Below are positions 39,851-55,136 of a stretch of 64,000 nt of DNA, piece by piece. Within the stretch, counting starts at the first letter, position 1. Every line of letters begins with the position of its first letter. This DNA is from Phoronis australis. Taxonomy: Eukaryota; Animalia; Phoronida. Under the pieces are notes generated by a model. That model had not been told where the DNA came from. It did no database searches and saw nothing but the letters and a program-made list of their open reading frames with translations. The stretch covers positions 62,001 to 126,000 of the forward strand of contig NMRA01000151.1 in assembly GCA_002633005.1 (NCBI GenBank), read 5' to 3'. The position numbers were made by a program, and so were the translations under genes.

Positions 39851-40179
39851 CTGCATCAAAGAAAAACAAGCTTGGTTGAATGTATTTTCATAGTAGAATA
39901 GCTTAAGCTACAGTAATCTTATTTCAATACATTTTCCACTGGCCAACACATAATTAGATACTAGACAATAACTTTATGTCAAAAATAAACTGACTATTGA
40001 CATTTAGACATACAATGCTGGAATAACCCAAATGAACCTTTAAGGTCACAATAAAGCAGGTAGGTAAAATCAGCTTATATTGAGAAGTAGAATGAGCAAC
40101 GACTAGGGGAGTTTTTGTGATCACGAGGCACATCCATGGTCACCAGGCTTCAAGCCCCCAAACTATAGACTGTCACTTA

Positions 40180-40515
<336 letters not shown>

Positions 40516-40999
40516 TCATTAGCTACAAACCTAAAATCGCAACCTTGTTTGCCTGATCTTCCATGCACCATAAACAGATTATCCACCACCAAAATACTTA
40601 ATACATTATACCACAATGAAAAAAATAAGCACAAAAAGCTGTTGCTTTTTTACAGGTATTTTCGGGCTCAGAAGAAGCAAGATTCTCCTGAAACAACTGG
40701 AGAGAGTTCAGAACCAGAACTGTTCCGAGACATACCACTTACAACAAGATCAAAGTAGAGCATTGCAATGCCCCAAAACAGCAACGCAAACAGTGGGCTT
40801 CTAGGCTGTTTATCATTGTCAGAAATGGACACTAAGTGGCACAGAATACGACAAATCCATCCCAAAATTGATAGATGCTATCGTCATCATAACAGCAACT
40901 TGTTTGCCAAATTTCAATAAAAACTGTCAGAGAATTTGTCAATACAGATGCAGCCGTATGAACTAAAATGGCTACCAGAGATACAGCGGTAGTCAGAAC

Positions 41000-43900
41000 C
41001 ATCCAAAAGTCGTAAGCAGCCATAGTCACATTTATTATACAAAATTAATTGTTGCAAAATTTCACAAATATACTTCAAAGGAGTAAGGAAATACGGCCAA
41101 GGAAGCAAAAAAGACAAAAATCGCCACCAGGAGACACCAAAGTTGTAAAATCCGTCTGCACATCAACATCTTACCAGGGACAAAAACACACTCGAAAAAC
41201 CAAAAATAGCCAGTGGTAGTGCAAAAATACATCAATCCATACGAAAAAGGAAGCCTATTGTCATCTCCTTAATTGACACCTATTTGCCCAATTTCACGAA
41301 AAACCCATTGATGAACTCTAATACTGAGACAACTAAAACTATTACTAGTGGGGCACAGAGGTAAAGAGTCTAAAAGAAGTCATAAAATGTTGTCAGCTCC
41401 ATAAGAACACACAAGCCAAATTTCACTAAGTTCCTAAACAAGTCAAGGAAACACACCCGCAGACAAAAAAGCCACTAAGGGGGTACCAAAGTAGTGAAAC
41501 CCATCTGAATATCAACATCAGCTGCGGCCTTCTCACCAGAAACACGTCTGCTAATTTTCACGATACTTCAAGTAGTTGGTGGATAAAGAGGGACACGCCA
41601 AAAATGGACTCGAAACTGTTAAAAATCCCCACTAGGTAGGAGGCGCACAATACGTACAATCTGCCTGATAATGGAAAGGAAATGTCGTCATCTTAACAGA
41701 TACCAATTTGCCAAATTTCATGAAAATCCTTCAATTAACTCCAGAGATACACAAAATATTAAACAAGAGCAACACGGAGCGTTGAAAAGCGCCCACAAAT
41801 GCACTGCAAATGGTACGCTTCTAGGGTGTTTATTTGTGTCATAAAAATGGCCACTAGATAGTGCAAAATATTTCGAATAGATCAAAAACTGGAAAATGTC
41901 ACCGTTTTTAACAGAGAGCTGTTTACCACATTTCATGAAAATCCGTCAAGAAACTTTAGCAAATGGAAAAAATTAAATTGCCATTAGGGGACGAAGGTTC
42001 ATTGGATCCGTCTGAAAGTTGTCGTCTTCCATTGTCAATGTCATATAAATACACTTGTTAAATTTAATAAACATTCTGCAGAGGGCTTAGGAGATACAGC
42101 TAAGGGCGCAAAAAACTGCCACTAGGAGGCGCCACAGTATTTGAAGCCTGAAAATTATCATCAAACGTCTTCTTCAAACTAACAATATATAAGCCAATAT
42201 TCACTATCAACCTAAGAGTGGTTTGGTTGACAGAGGGCAGACAGCAAAAACAGACTAGAAAAATGGCCACCAGATGGTGCAAAATATGTCGAATCCATAT
42301 GAAAACCATAAAATGTCACAGATTCTTTAAAGGAAAGCTATTTAACAAATTTCACGAAAATTCGTCAAGGAAGTTCAGCGAAACAGGAAAACAGAAAAAA
42401 ATTAAATTGCTACAAGGGGTCAGTGTTAGTCGGATCCGTCTGAAAGTAATCGTCTTCTGTTGTTAATTTCTTTATAAACACATTTGCAACATTCAATAAA
42501 GATCCTGTAGTGCGTTTAGGAGATACAGTCATGGGCACAAAAACAAACAAACTGCCACTAGGAGGCGCCACAGTAGTCGAAAAATCATCGTCAACCGTTT
42601 TTTTCATAGTAAGACCATACATGCCAATTTTCAAAATCATCCTTAGAGTGGTTCGGTTGATGGAGGGACGCATGGCAAAAACAGACTCGCAAACAGTATA
42701 AATGGCCACTAGATGGCCCAAAATGCCTCCAATCCATCCGAAAACAGGAGGATAGCGTCAACTCATTAATAGATGCCTATGTGCCAAATTTCATGAAAAT
42801 CGGTTGAGGACCTTTGAAGATACAGAAGCAAGCGTAAAAAACTAAAATTGTCCCTAGGGGGCACAGCGGTATTTGGGCTGGTCCGAAACTCTTCACCCTC
42901 TGTTGTCAACCCCATAGGAACACATCTGCCAAATTTCCACAAGATTCTGCAAGGCGTTTAGGAGATATAGCTGCGGACGCCTGGACAGAGATGACAGCAA
43001 TAAAAACAAAATTGCCACTACAGGGCACACTTATCGTCCGATTGGGATGAAACTCGTCATCATCTGTTGTCAACTCCATGGGAATTGATGAAGTTGCTGC
43101 AAAGGGTTAAAGAGATACATCCATGGATGTAACATAAAACGAAAACCCCACTAGGNTCCCACCACGCTGTCCCGCTGTCCCAGATGCCCCGGCGATGTTG
43201 ACAATTTACGTTCCTCCGAAACATAAAGAGCAACTTCCGCTTTTCGAGGTGAACGTCGTCTGCAACGACGAGGTAAGAAAGGAATTTGCCGCGGAAATTT
43301 TATGTCAAATCAGATTTTTTTACGTCGAAATATTATAAAAAAAGCGGAAAGCACATTTGAAAAAAGCGGAAATCCGCGTTTCCGCGGAAAATTCCAAGCC
43401 CTGTAATATACGGCAAACATTATACTACAATGAAAAAACTAAGCACAAAAAGCTGTTGCTTTTTTACAGGTATTTTCAGGCTCAGAAGAAGCAAGATTCT
43501 CCTGAAACAACTGGAGAGAGTTCAGAACCAGAACTGTTCTGAGACATGCCAATATTCACAATCAACCTAAGAGTGGACTGGTTGACAGCAAAAACAGACT
43601 AGAAAACAATAAAAGTTGCCACTAGATGGCGCAAAATATGTCGAATCCATCTGAAAACCATAAAATGTCACCGTTTCTTTAAAGGAAAGCTATCGATTAA
43701 CAAATTTCATGAAAAATCGTCGAGGAAGTTCAGCAGAACAGGAAAACAGAAAAAAATTAATTGCCACTGGGGGTCAGTGTTAGTCGGATCCGTCTGAAAG
43801 TCATCGTCTTCTGTTGTTAACTTCTTTATAAACACATTTGCTACATTTAATAAAGATCCTGTACAGCGTTTAGGAGATACAGCCATGGGCACAAAAACAA

Positions 43901-45965
43901 AACAAAACTGCCACTAGGAGGCGCCACAGAAGTCGAAAAATCATCGTCAACCATCTTCTTCATAGTAAGAACATACATGCCAATTTTCACAATCATCCTT
44001 AGAGTGGTTCGGTTGATGGAGGGACGGATGCCAAAAACACTCGCAAATAGTAAAAATGGCCACTAGATGGCCCAAAATGCCTCAAATCTACCGAAAACGG
44101 GAGGATAGCATCACCTCATTAATAGATACCTTTGTGCCAAATTTCATGAAAATCGGTTGAGGACCTTTGAAGATACAGAGGCAAACGTAAAAAACTAAAA
44201 TTGCCACTAGGGGGCACAGCGGTATTTGGGCTGGTCCGAAACTCTTTGCCCTCTGTTGTCAACCCCGTAGGAGCACATCTGCCAAATTTCAATACGATTC
44301 TGCCAGGCGTTTAGGAGATATAGCCGCGGATGCCTGGACAGAGATGACAGCAATAAAAACAAAACTGCCACTACAGGGCACACTAAATCGTCCGATTGGG
44401 ATGAAACTCGTCATCATCTGTTGTCAACTCCATGGGAATTGATGAAGTTGCTGCAAAGGGTTAAAGAGATACATCCATGGATGTAACATGAAACGAAAAC
44501 CCCACTAGGAGGGCACCAGAGCAGTCAAACACGCCCAAATATCACCGTCTACTGCGGTCTCCTCATCAGAAACACATGTCAATATTCACAATGAGCCTTC
44601 AAGCGGTTTGGCAGAGAGGAAGGCAGACTCAAAATTTACAAACAGCCACAAGATGGCACAGAATCACAAAGAAGTCCTAAAATGTAGAAGTGTCATAATC
44701 TTCATAATAGGAACCTATTTGCCAAATTTCATGACAATCCATCCAAGAATTATGAAGATACAAAGGCAACTGCAAACAAGAGCAATGCGGAGAGTTGAAA
44801 TGCACCCACAAATGCATCGCAAATGGTGTGTTTTTAGGGGTTTTGTTTATTTCATCGAAACGGCCACAAGATGGCGTAAAATACGTCGAATCCGTCCGAA
44901 AACCAGAAAATGTCGTCCCTTCTTAAAAAGAAAGCCATTTACCAAATTTTATTAAAATTCATCAAGGAACCTCAGAGAAACAGAGGAAAACGAAAAAAAT
45001 GAAATTGCCACTAGGGGGGCAGGGTTTGTCGTATCCGTCTAAAAGTCATCCTCTTCTTTTGTTAACTTCATATGTATACACCTGCTAAATTTAATAAAGA
45101 TCCTGCAGAGGGCTTAGGAGATACAGGTATGAATGCAAAAAACAAAACAAAACCATCACTAGGAGGCACCACAGTACTCGAAGTCATCGGAAAATCGTCA
45201 ACAGTCCCCTTCATAGAAAGAGCATAAATGCCAACTTTCACAATCGTTCTTAGAGTGGTTTGGTTGATAGATGGATAGATGCCAAAAACAGACTTGAAAA
45301 AACCAAAAATGACCACTAGGTGGCACAAACTACGAATCCATCCGAAAACGGGAGGATAGTGTCATCTCACTAATAGATGTCTATGTGTCAAATTTTATGG
45401 AAATCCGCTGAGGACCTTTGAAGATACAGAGGTAAACGTAAGAAACTAAAACAGCTACTAGGGGCACACTGGTACACCCATCAGTCCGAAAATCGTCGTC
45501 GTCTCTTGTCAACTTCATATAAATACATTTGCTAAATTTAATAAAGATCCTGTAGAACGTGAAGATACAGAGGCAAACGTAAAAAACTAAAATTGCCACT
45601 AGGGGGCACAGTGGTAATCGCGTCGTCCGAAACTCATCGCCCTCTGTCGTCAACCCCATAGGAACACACTTGCCAAATTTCAATAAGATCCTGCAAGGGG
45701 TTTAGGAGATACAGCCGCGGACGCCAGACGCCCAGACAGAGATGACGGCAATAGGCGCATTAAAAACTAGAATTGCCACTAGGGTACACAACAGTAGTCG
45801 GACCACTCCGAGTCATCGTCATCGGTCTTCAGGTTCATGGTAACACACCTGCCAAATCTCACTAAGATCCAGTGAGGGGTTTAGGAGATATAGCTGCATA
45901 CACCGGATGCCCCGAGAGAGATGACAGCAATATGCACCCACACATAAATATGTGGACACATTAAA
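41000..45965 (+). repeat. Cluster of Helentron/HINE-like elements with ~147-bp diverged internal units carrying CTCF-like motifs
   Basis: 5' ends AACAAGAGCAAY(A/G)CGGAG at ~41762 and ~44775. A 3' end GACAGCAATATGCACCCACACATAAATATGTGG lies at ~45923-45955. A recurring (G)CCACTAGRKGGCRC motif runs throughout. Confidence 0.75.
43158..43403 (+). mobile_element. Right half of the same hAT-like MITE, beginning at an assembly 'n'
   Basis: Matches ~48310-48546; n at 43157. Confidence 0.75.
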
Positions 45966-46149
45966 ATTGGTATTAATTTAGTTGGATTTACTGATTAGCA
46001 TCACATTCCTTCAACAAACTGGAATAAATCAGGAGCAAATCAGGGCTAAGATTCATTTTAAAGATCGTAAAATCGCAAGGTCTGCATAGGACTAGTAATT
46101 ACAATGGTTACGTAAGTCTGCAAAGTTACACGAAGCATGCCATTGATCA

Positions 46150-46428
<279 letters not shown>

Positions 46429-46661
46429 TCACATTATGAATCTTATGTTTTTATAGATACAAGTATGAGCCTGTTGGGGACCAGACAGTGCTACTTGATC
46501 CTTTTAACAACGGCCAACAACTACTTAAAATGTATGGGAATCTACATGTGGAAATCTTCATCCTGAAGTAGCATGCCACAGTTAAGTAATGTGAAACCCA
46601 ACCTCAGCTCTACTGAACTGCTATGCCTGGCAAAAACTCTTATGTTCAAAGAAAACGTTCA

Positions 46662-47054
<393 letters not shown>

Positions 47055-47170
47055 TTACGAGTAATGCACTAACAGTCTCTTGAATCCTTGCACTTGGAAT
47101 TAACTAGAGCGTGCTAACAAGAGGGAAGGTGTTGAGGGAAGCTATAAACTGATGACGTTCTTCTTATTAA

Positions 47171-47877
47171 GAATATCTCAAACCTTATTCATAAAAATTG
47201 ATTGTTTTTTACATTATTTCAAAAATGTTTAGCAAAATACCCCATCTTAATTATCAGAGAGATTCAAACGCGAAATATATACCGTGTAGCGAGAAAAAAG
47301 ATTAAGCAGAACCACCTTGGAAATGCAAAATGGCATGAAAATTTGTTTACTACTTATATGAGGTCATAGGACACTGGGCTGTCACTCAAACCAAATCTCC
47401 TGCCAGGTATAGAGCAGTTCTGTATGTACCCTCAGTCCTTTAATTTACCGAGTTGCCATAATATTGAGTCAACGAGGTGTATATAGGATAGAAACAACAG
47501 TAGTTTTGATCCTGAGGGAGTTGTGCGCCTGCATGCAAACAACTGTTCAGAACAAATACACCGAGTCCGAGTCGCCACTAAGCCAAATTAAAATGCTAAT
47601 CAAAAATTTCTAACAGGCAACTAGTAAAGATTTCATATAAAAAGTTTCATTAAAATCAACCGAGGGATTATTTTGCTATGAATGCACCTTTCTTAAAATG
47701 AAAATTTGATTTAAAAAGAAAAGGTGTTAATGTAATAAATGGCATAAATATAAAATATATTTTTACGAACCCGGATACTTTTTTCTTTGAAAAATATATA
47801 CTTTTACTAGTTGACAAAGGCTGTTTTTTTCTTATACCAGTTAGAACTGAGGCCACTAGATAACGTTTGAGATAACC
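47171..47877. mobile_element. TTAA-TSD MITE (Kolobok-type termini)
   Basis: TTAA|GAATATCTCAAACCTTAT...ATAACGTTTGAGATAACC|TTAA. Related copies lie at 53368-55546 and 60964-~61815. Confidence 0.7.
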
Positions 47878-48043
47878 TTAAAAACATCCCGGGGTTTGTG
47901 TTTTGAGAAGTGAATATCTTACTCTGTATGAATTGACATATACTTTTAATTCGTTATTCACTGTAAATTAAGGTTCTACATTTGTACAACGCATTGGCAA
48001 TGGGTGATCTCACAATTCTGCCAATCCAGCATAAGACGATAAT

Positions 48044-48546
48044 CAGGGCTTGGAATGACCAATGACAAAAAACGCGGAAACTTTGAAACTTTTACGGCCC
48101 AAATCATCGCCCGATAACCAGCCTAGAACTGGTCAATGTGAACCTTTCCCCGACAAAAATCGGAAGGACTAAAAAAACGTTACCACCATCAGTAGCATGC
48201 GTCTGCGTCCTTTTAGCTCGCCCGTCCACTCCCAACCCACACATTTTTGGCTGCAGAGCGGTAGTATTTGTCGCCGCGCTTAACAATAACACGAGACGCC
48301 ATTGAAAATCACACCACGCTATCCCAGATGCCCCGGCAATGTTGACAATTTACGTTCCTCCGAACATAAAGAGCAACTTCCGCTTTTCGAGGTGAACGTC
48401 GTCTGCAACGCCGCGGTAAGAAAGGAATTTGCCGCGGAAATTTTATATCAAATCCGATTTTTTTACGCGGAAATATTATAAAAAAAGCAGAAAGCATATT
48501 TGAAAAAAGCGGAAATCCGCGTTTCCGCGGAAAATTCCAAGCCCTA
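48044..48546 (+). mobile_element. hAT-like MITE with a 6-bp TSD (GATAAT)
   Basis: TIRs CAGGGCTTGGAAT / ATTCCAAGCCCT(A), with subterminal GCGGAAA repeats. Confidence 0.85.
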
Positions 48547-48869
48547 GATAATATACGCTGTTTGCATTAGCAATAATGGCAAATACACTACATTTCTACG
48601 AGCTCTTTCAACATGACTTACGAGCCACATATTTAACAAGACAAAGGTGATGACAACCAAATAAAAGGCAATGACAGGTAACGAACAAGAGTGATGATGA
48701 TATGAAATAGGTCCGTGTTCAGGTGATCCAGATGTAGGACTACTGACAACTGCACAACTCGAGCCCGTTGTGACAGTGCGATAAGTTGAGGAACTAAAAA
48801 ACTCCAGGTAAACGATAACCTTTCTTTGGGTAATTCCCCGTTTAAACATGGATTGAACATAGTTATGAA

Positions 48870-49640
48870 ACGGAATTAGCCACGTCTTCAGAAAACATCT
48901 TTCCACGCTGCATATTTCCCCTCAAATGAAAAACCTATTTCCTCATCCACCTATAATTTCTTGGAGAAAATGTAAAAATCTAAAAAATTATTTAGTTAAA
49001 GCTAATATCGACAATATACACCAAACTGACAAACCTATTGGCAACACACAATGTAACAAAACTAGGTGTAAAATGTGTAACTTCATCGAAGATAGGCAAG
49101 CACTTTTTTCAAGTCTTCCCAAACCAATGAAAACTTTGAAATAAAACATTATTCTGATTGCACCACCAACAATATTATTTACCTTATAACTTGTAAAAAA
49201 TGTTCTATCCAATACGTAGGACAAACTCAACATAATCTACAAACTCGGTTTCGTAATCATGGATTTAACATAATTCATAAAAACATTTCTGATGCTATAG
49301 GTAATCCTTTCAATTCCAAAAACCATAATATTCAAGATCTTTCTGTACAAATAATAGAAAAATTACAACACCCCAGTACCCCTCACAGACTCAAAAGAAA
49401 ACAATATTGTATAGACAAGCTCAATACAATAGAACCTCAAGGATTGAACATAAAAACTTCTTAGAATATGTTACTGAATTTTTTACGCAAAAATGTATCA
49501 TATTCATTACACCATATCTTATATGTCAATTGTCATATAGTGTTTGATTTTACTTTATTTCTGTTTCTGTTGACAAAGGAAGTTATTAAATCCGAAAATT
49601 TCAAATTTCAGTTGATCCATTCTTGTTGTTTTATTTACCG
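48870..49640 (+). mobile_element. Penelope-like retroelement 3' fragment (GIY-YIG endonuclease, frameshifted)
   Basis: PPIISWRKCKNLKNYLVKA...CNKTRCKMC, then in another frame CTTNNIIYLITCKKCSIQYVGQT...RFRNH...LNTIEPQGLN. Confidence 0.85.
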
Positions 49641-51396
49641 ACTAATAAAGGACATGGAGAAATATATCCTTGAGTACATGCGTCTACGTTTCATTACACC
49701 ACACGGTACAGCAATTCATAAGTCTACAGTGAACACATGCAGTATCCTCAACAAATTCGCAACTCAGGCCCACTGGCGCGAGACATAGGCGAAAATCTCC
49801 GTTCGGAAATAGGAGTGATGGTATATTTGCATTTGCGCTCGTGTACCTGGACTTGGCCTCGTATAAGATGACGACCAAACAAAAAAACTTCAAAACTCTT
49901 GTGTTTGCATTGGCGCTTGTATTTTTATGTTTTCCAATCATTTTTCCGAGCGCTTTACACGCAAATTTGGAGTCACCTGGAGATTGGCTACGGGCGTCGC
50001 CAATGGTCGCCGGGGACATCGTGGTTCTTAGCGTATTCTGCAGTGGATTTTAAATGGACGCTTTATTGAAATTGACACTTACCAGGTCCAAAGTCAATCA
50101 CAGTCTTTCAAGCTACGCTACAAATTTATTCTTAAAAAGAACCATTATTTTCTCGCAGTTTCAAGAGTGAAATCCTGACCTGGTTTAAAGCAAAAGTAAC
50201 AGGTGCTGTGCACGTGACTGGGTGACCTACTTTTTACATATAAGGCAAACAGTGCCACACACAGAGCAAACTCGAATCGCCCAATAATTATGGAATTCCG
50301 CAAAAAAGTTGAAGTATTCCGAGGCTTTTACTTGCATGCTAAGTTAGTCATTGACTATGTAACCAACATAAGACAGAACATTTCATTTTTTTTAGCGTGA
50401 AGTTTGCACTCATTCTCGCACATCAATATACGTCATTCGGCATAGACAAGATTTTTTCGCAATTTTTTCATTCATGCATTCGAGTAGCAACAGAACTGTG
50501 CACACAAATAAAGGAAGTTTGCACTAAGTTTTATTTGGTTTGCATGTACAACGACATTGATGGCATTTGTACGGCAGGTCAGTCGGCGGATATCATTTTT
50601 TTCATTGTATATGTTCTCCTATTTCAAATTAGCTGCTCTGTCGAATATACTTTGAGAGTGCCGCTTCAACTTTCACGTCGGCAACTAGCATTAAGGGGAC
50701 AGCAAATCCTATGAACTTCGAGTTTGTGTACTTCCAATTTCAAAGATTAAGTGCCATGTATGGGTAGTTAGCGCTGGATGCAATATTTCTCCTCAGTCGA
50801 CATGCGGAGATTTCATATGAGGTCACTCTGACGTCACAGAACAGGAAGGTGTTCCCAAAAACATGGCTGAATTGAGTATTTGCCGATCATCATTGCGACA
50901 TTCATAGTAAAACTAGACCGCAATAGTCTGTAATGTCGAGTTATTTCTGAACATTTATCGAAGTAAAATGATGGATTTTAGACTTCAAGAAAATTTATTA
51001 ATCATAAACATTAAAATTCTTTGTTTAGACGAAGTTTTCGCCGAGGTTGTCTTGAAACAGGCCGTATTTTATCTGTCTAAGCCGTGCCATCCAAGCAGTC
51101 ATTTTTTAAAATGGCCGTCCCAATGACAGCCAGGACGGCAGCTAGATGAGTCCTTGTTTCGAGCCATTTATGATATATCCCGATAGGATTAGAAATGCAG
51201 CCAGTAGCATGCGAACAAATAAAAAATTGATGACAAAGCAACAGACTTGTAGAAATTTTCATTTCACCAAGTAAATGTTAAAAAATTAACGGACTTCATA
51301 AAATCACTTACGTAGTACCCAAATTCAGTCATAAATTTGAAACTGAAAAACTCTTATCGACCTTAGCACATTCTACTTATGACTGAAGGGCATTCA

Positions 51397-51600
<204 letters not shown>

Positions 51601-52896
51601 TCACCAACTGAACACAGTACCACTGAACATGCTTAACCATACAATAAAGCATGCAATAAGAGCTGGAATGACAAAAAATGAATCATTACAGCAATTTTTG
51701 TTGAAAGTGGAATCCATTATCATGACAGGAAAATTCTATTTTGTCAGGAAATTTTTGGCACGTACTGTTCACTTCCCGATCCTCAGAACTAGGCACATAT
51801 ATCTATGGAACAAGAACCTAGGTTACTAGAGATATTTTTAGTTTATGATTGATTGTATTGTAGTGGTGTATCAAAGTGAACTAGCATTGGAATTGTTGAT
51901 GCAAACCAATCGCTCAACAGTTGGCTGGTATGTTCAACACTTAATTGCACAGGATTTCCCACTACTTCCTCTCAAGCACTGAATGAGGGGCCATGAAACC
52001 ATGGTCATATTAAATATCAACACGTGGATTTTGAACCCCATTTGTATATATCAGTTTTATTAATGAAAAATTGTTGGCTTTAATAGAGCTAAACATTAGT
52101 TTGGGTAAGAACAAAAGACAGGTCATAACAAAAGAGGTCGATTGTTTTTTAATGACAGCTGCACTGTGTCTGACAAAGCAGTATATAAAACATCTGCCAA
52201 TAATCGTTACGAAATAAAGTCAGTGAATATTTGGAACAAAATCTAGTCTTGAAGAATTCATGCGAGTCACAGTTCGACCCATAACAGTAGTTTTCAACAC
52301 TACACATGGCGGTCAGAGAAGTAATGACAAAAACACATCTCTTCTTGAAATGATGCTATCCACTTACTAAGGGTAATGCAACGGGGGAAATACTTTATCA
52401 AATTAGTCACCAGTATGAGGCTCACTCTCACACTGTGGCTTCACTAACATGCCATGTCAGGAGACATGACTTCACATTTACACCACACATACTGATATCA
52501 AACTGTTAAACGCAGTCTACCAACAGCTTTGTGCATGCTTGCACAAAACAAGTCTTTGGGCAAAAACACAAAAGACAGCGCTCGATTTGGCGATCTATAG
52601 GTTGCCAATGCGGCCTCAGATTGTAATTGGCGATCTGGAAAAATTGCAAGTCACCACGAAGCCGCCACTCCGAGTATCAAAGTCGGACAATAATTCCCTC
52701 AAAATTCGTTTCAAAGTTCATGTTAACTTCCAAACTTCAGACAATTCAAACTTCTGTCTGAAAAAAGATGAGTATCAAATGTTTTGACTAAATTTTGTGA
52801 GTCACAAAAATCTAGTTCTACAATATAGCAAGTTAACACTTGTCGTTTCCCATGGTTATACAGTTATTTATTACTAAATAAACCGCTTCCTTCTCA

Positions 52897-53145
<249 letters not shown>

Positions 53146-53854
53146 CTATCCACTGCTCAAAATTCCTGTTCAAACTAGTGGTCCAAGTGGAAGCGAGAGC
53201 TGAGCACCAAAGAAGGCAATGATCAACCAGGCATAATTTCTGCATGTGTTTTAGTTAAGAACCTAAGTACCTTAATTCTACATTTATTCTGCATAAAATA
53301 ATTGCCAAAATGGCTGTTTTTCATAGTTCAATGGCTGATTAGCATTTTGCAAATAACGGGAACTTAAGGTTATCTCAAACCTTATGTAGTGGCCTCCATT
53401 TTAATTCGTATATCGGAAAACAGGCTTCAGTCAACTACTAAAAGTATATATTTTCTGAAAGAAAGAAGATCAGGGATTATAAAATATTTTTTACATTTAC
53501 ATGCCTTTATTACTACATTAACTCCTTTTTTAAGTCAATATTTCATTTTTAAGAAAGGTACATTGAACATAGCAAAATTTCAACTTACAAAAACAAGGAA
53601 TTTTTGTAAAAAAATCCAGTTACAAAAAAACATGCCTTTATATCAAAAGTCCTAACAGAGTTTTTTAGACTAAATATTAAGTTTGGAAAGTTTCAGCAAA
53701 ATCCGAGCCAATTTCGAGAACTCGTGTTCATAAGTTCAAATTAAATCGATTCGCCACAGCACAGAAAAAGCCAATTAAGTTGTGAGATGTGAAAATCTCA
53801 AGGCCTTAAGTTAATTATTCGGTGAAGATTTGTTTTCGGTCAATAAGGCCTATA

Positions 53855-55136
53855 CAAGAGTCGTTCAACAAGTTCTCGGCCTCACCCAGAAAACAACGCG
53901 ATAGCAACTAATTTTGAAGACTTATTTTTCAATATAATCTCCTGTTATATCAATGCATTTCTTCCATCTGTGCTCCAGTTTTGCAATGCCTTCGTAAAAG
54001 AAACTTTTATCGAGCCCCTCAAAATATTCCTCCACTGCAATCATGACGTAATCATCGCTCACATACTGGCGTCCATGCAGGTAGGCCTTCACATGTGGAA
54101 ATAAATAAAAATCAGACAGGGCAAGGTCTGGAGAATAGGCGGGGTGCGGAAGGATTTCAAAGCCACATCTAGTTGCTTCAGGGACCACAACTTGGGCAGT
54201 ATGGGCAGGTGTGTTGTCTTGAAGCAACAGCACTCCATTCCGAAACTTCCTGCGTCTCATTTCCTTGATTGCTTTTTTGAGTTTTTCCATAAGTGATGCA
54301 TAGTAATTCCCAGTAACAGCGTGTTCTCGTTGCAAGTAGTAGATCATCAGAATACCTTCACTGTCGCAGAACACAGAGGTCATAACTTCGCTCCCCAGAG
54401 GCACCCAAGTTGAACTTTTTCGGGCTTGGGGAACCCACGTGCTTCCATTGTTTACTTTGTTGTTTTGTTTACGGGTCATAGTGGTGGACCCATGTCTCAT
54501 CCTGGGTTACAAGTCTTCTGGAAAATTTGGCTGGATCTGCTTGGAATCTTCTTAGAAGTTCCTTTGAAATTTGCATTCTGCTCATTTTCTGATCCTGAGT
54601 TAACATTCTTGGCACCCATCGTGCACTCAGCTTACTCATGTCCAAATCTTCACTCAAAATTTTAGAGACGGACCCATTGCTGATGCGAACAGTGCTTGCC
54701 AAATGTTGAACGGTCATTCGCCTGCGTTTCATAAATATTGCATGAATTTTCTGCATATTTTCATTGGAGGTCAGCGATTTGGGACGTCCTGGACGAGGGT
54801 CATCTTCAACGCTTTCTCTACGCCCTCTTGCAACAAGCTGACCACTTTTTTACTGTGGAGTAGCTCGGGGAGTCTGTTCCGAGTGTTTTTTTGCATCTCT
54901 TAATGACTATCTTTTGGTTTCACTCCTTTTTTACACATAAACTTCATGACGTCTCTCGTCTCCGTTCTCTCCATGCTGCTAAATATGTTGTCTGCTTTTT
55001 GAAGCAGCGCCACATAGCGGCAATTGACTGTACTAATTCAGCTGTTATAAAAGATGAAATTTTACTATGGTGTGAAAAAATTTAACATGTATCTCAGTTT
55101 TCTTGGTGAGGCCGAGAACTTATTGAACAACCCTCA
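53855..55136 (-). mobile_element. Mariner (DD34D) transposon, ~1.28 kb, TA TSD
   Basis: ~40-bp imperfect TIRs (CAAGAGTCGTTCAACAAGTTCTCGGCCTCAC / GTGAGGCCGAGAACTTATTGAACAACCCTCA) flanked by TA. Confidence 0.93.
53922..54974 (-). pseudogene. Frameshifted mariner transposase
   Basis: Motifs SARWVPRMLT, VTQDETWVHHYDP, LLQDNTPAH and HPAYSPDLALSDFYLF are present, with 34 residues between the second and third Asp. The sequence is split over several frames. Confidence 0.93.

Noticed and set aside
41718-45683. Numerous 60-115 aa ORFs (e.g. 'KMATRWCKIC', 'KLPLGGAT')
   Set aside because: They are chance translations of the repeat units; the recurring peptides simply reflect the CTCF-like DNA motif.
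49565-49600. Hammerhead ribozyme in the Penelope 3' region
   Set aside because: The core is degenerate (TTGACAA instead of CTGANGA) and the stems are unconvincing.
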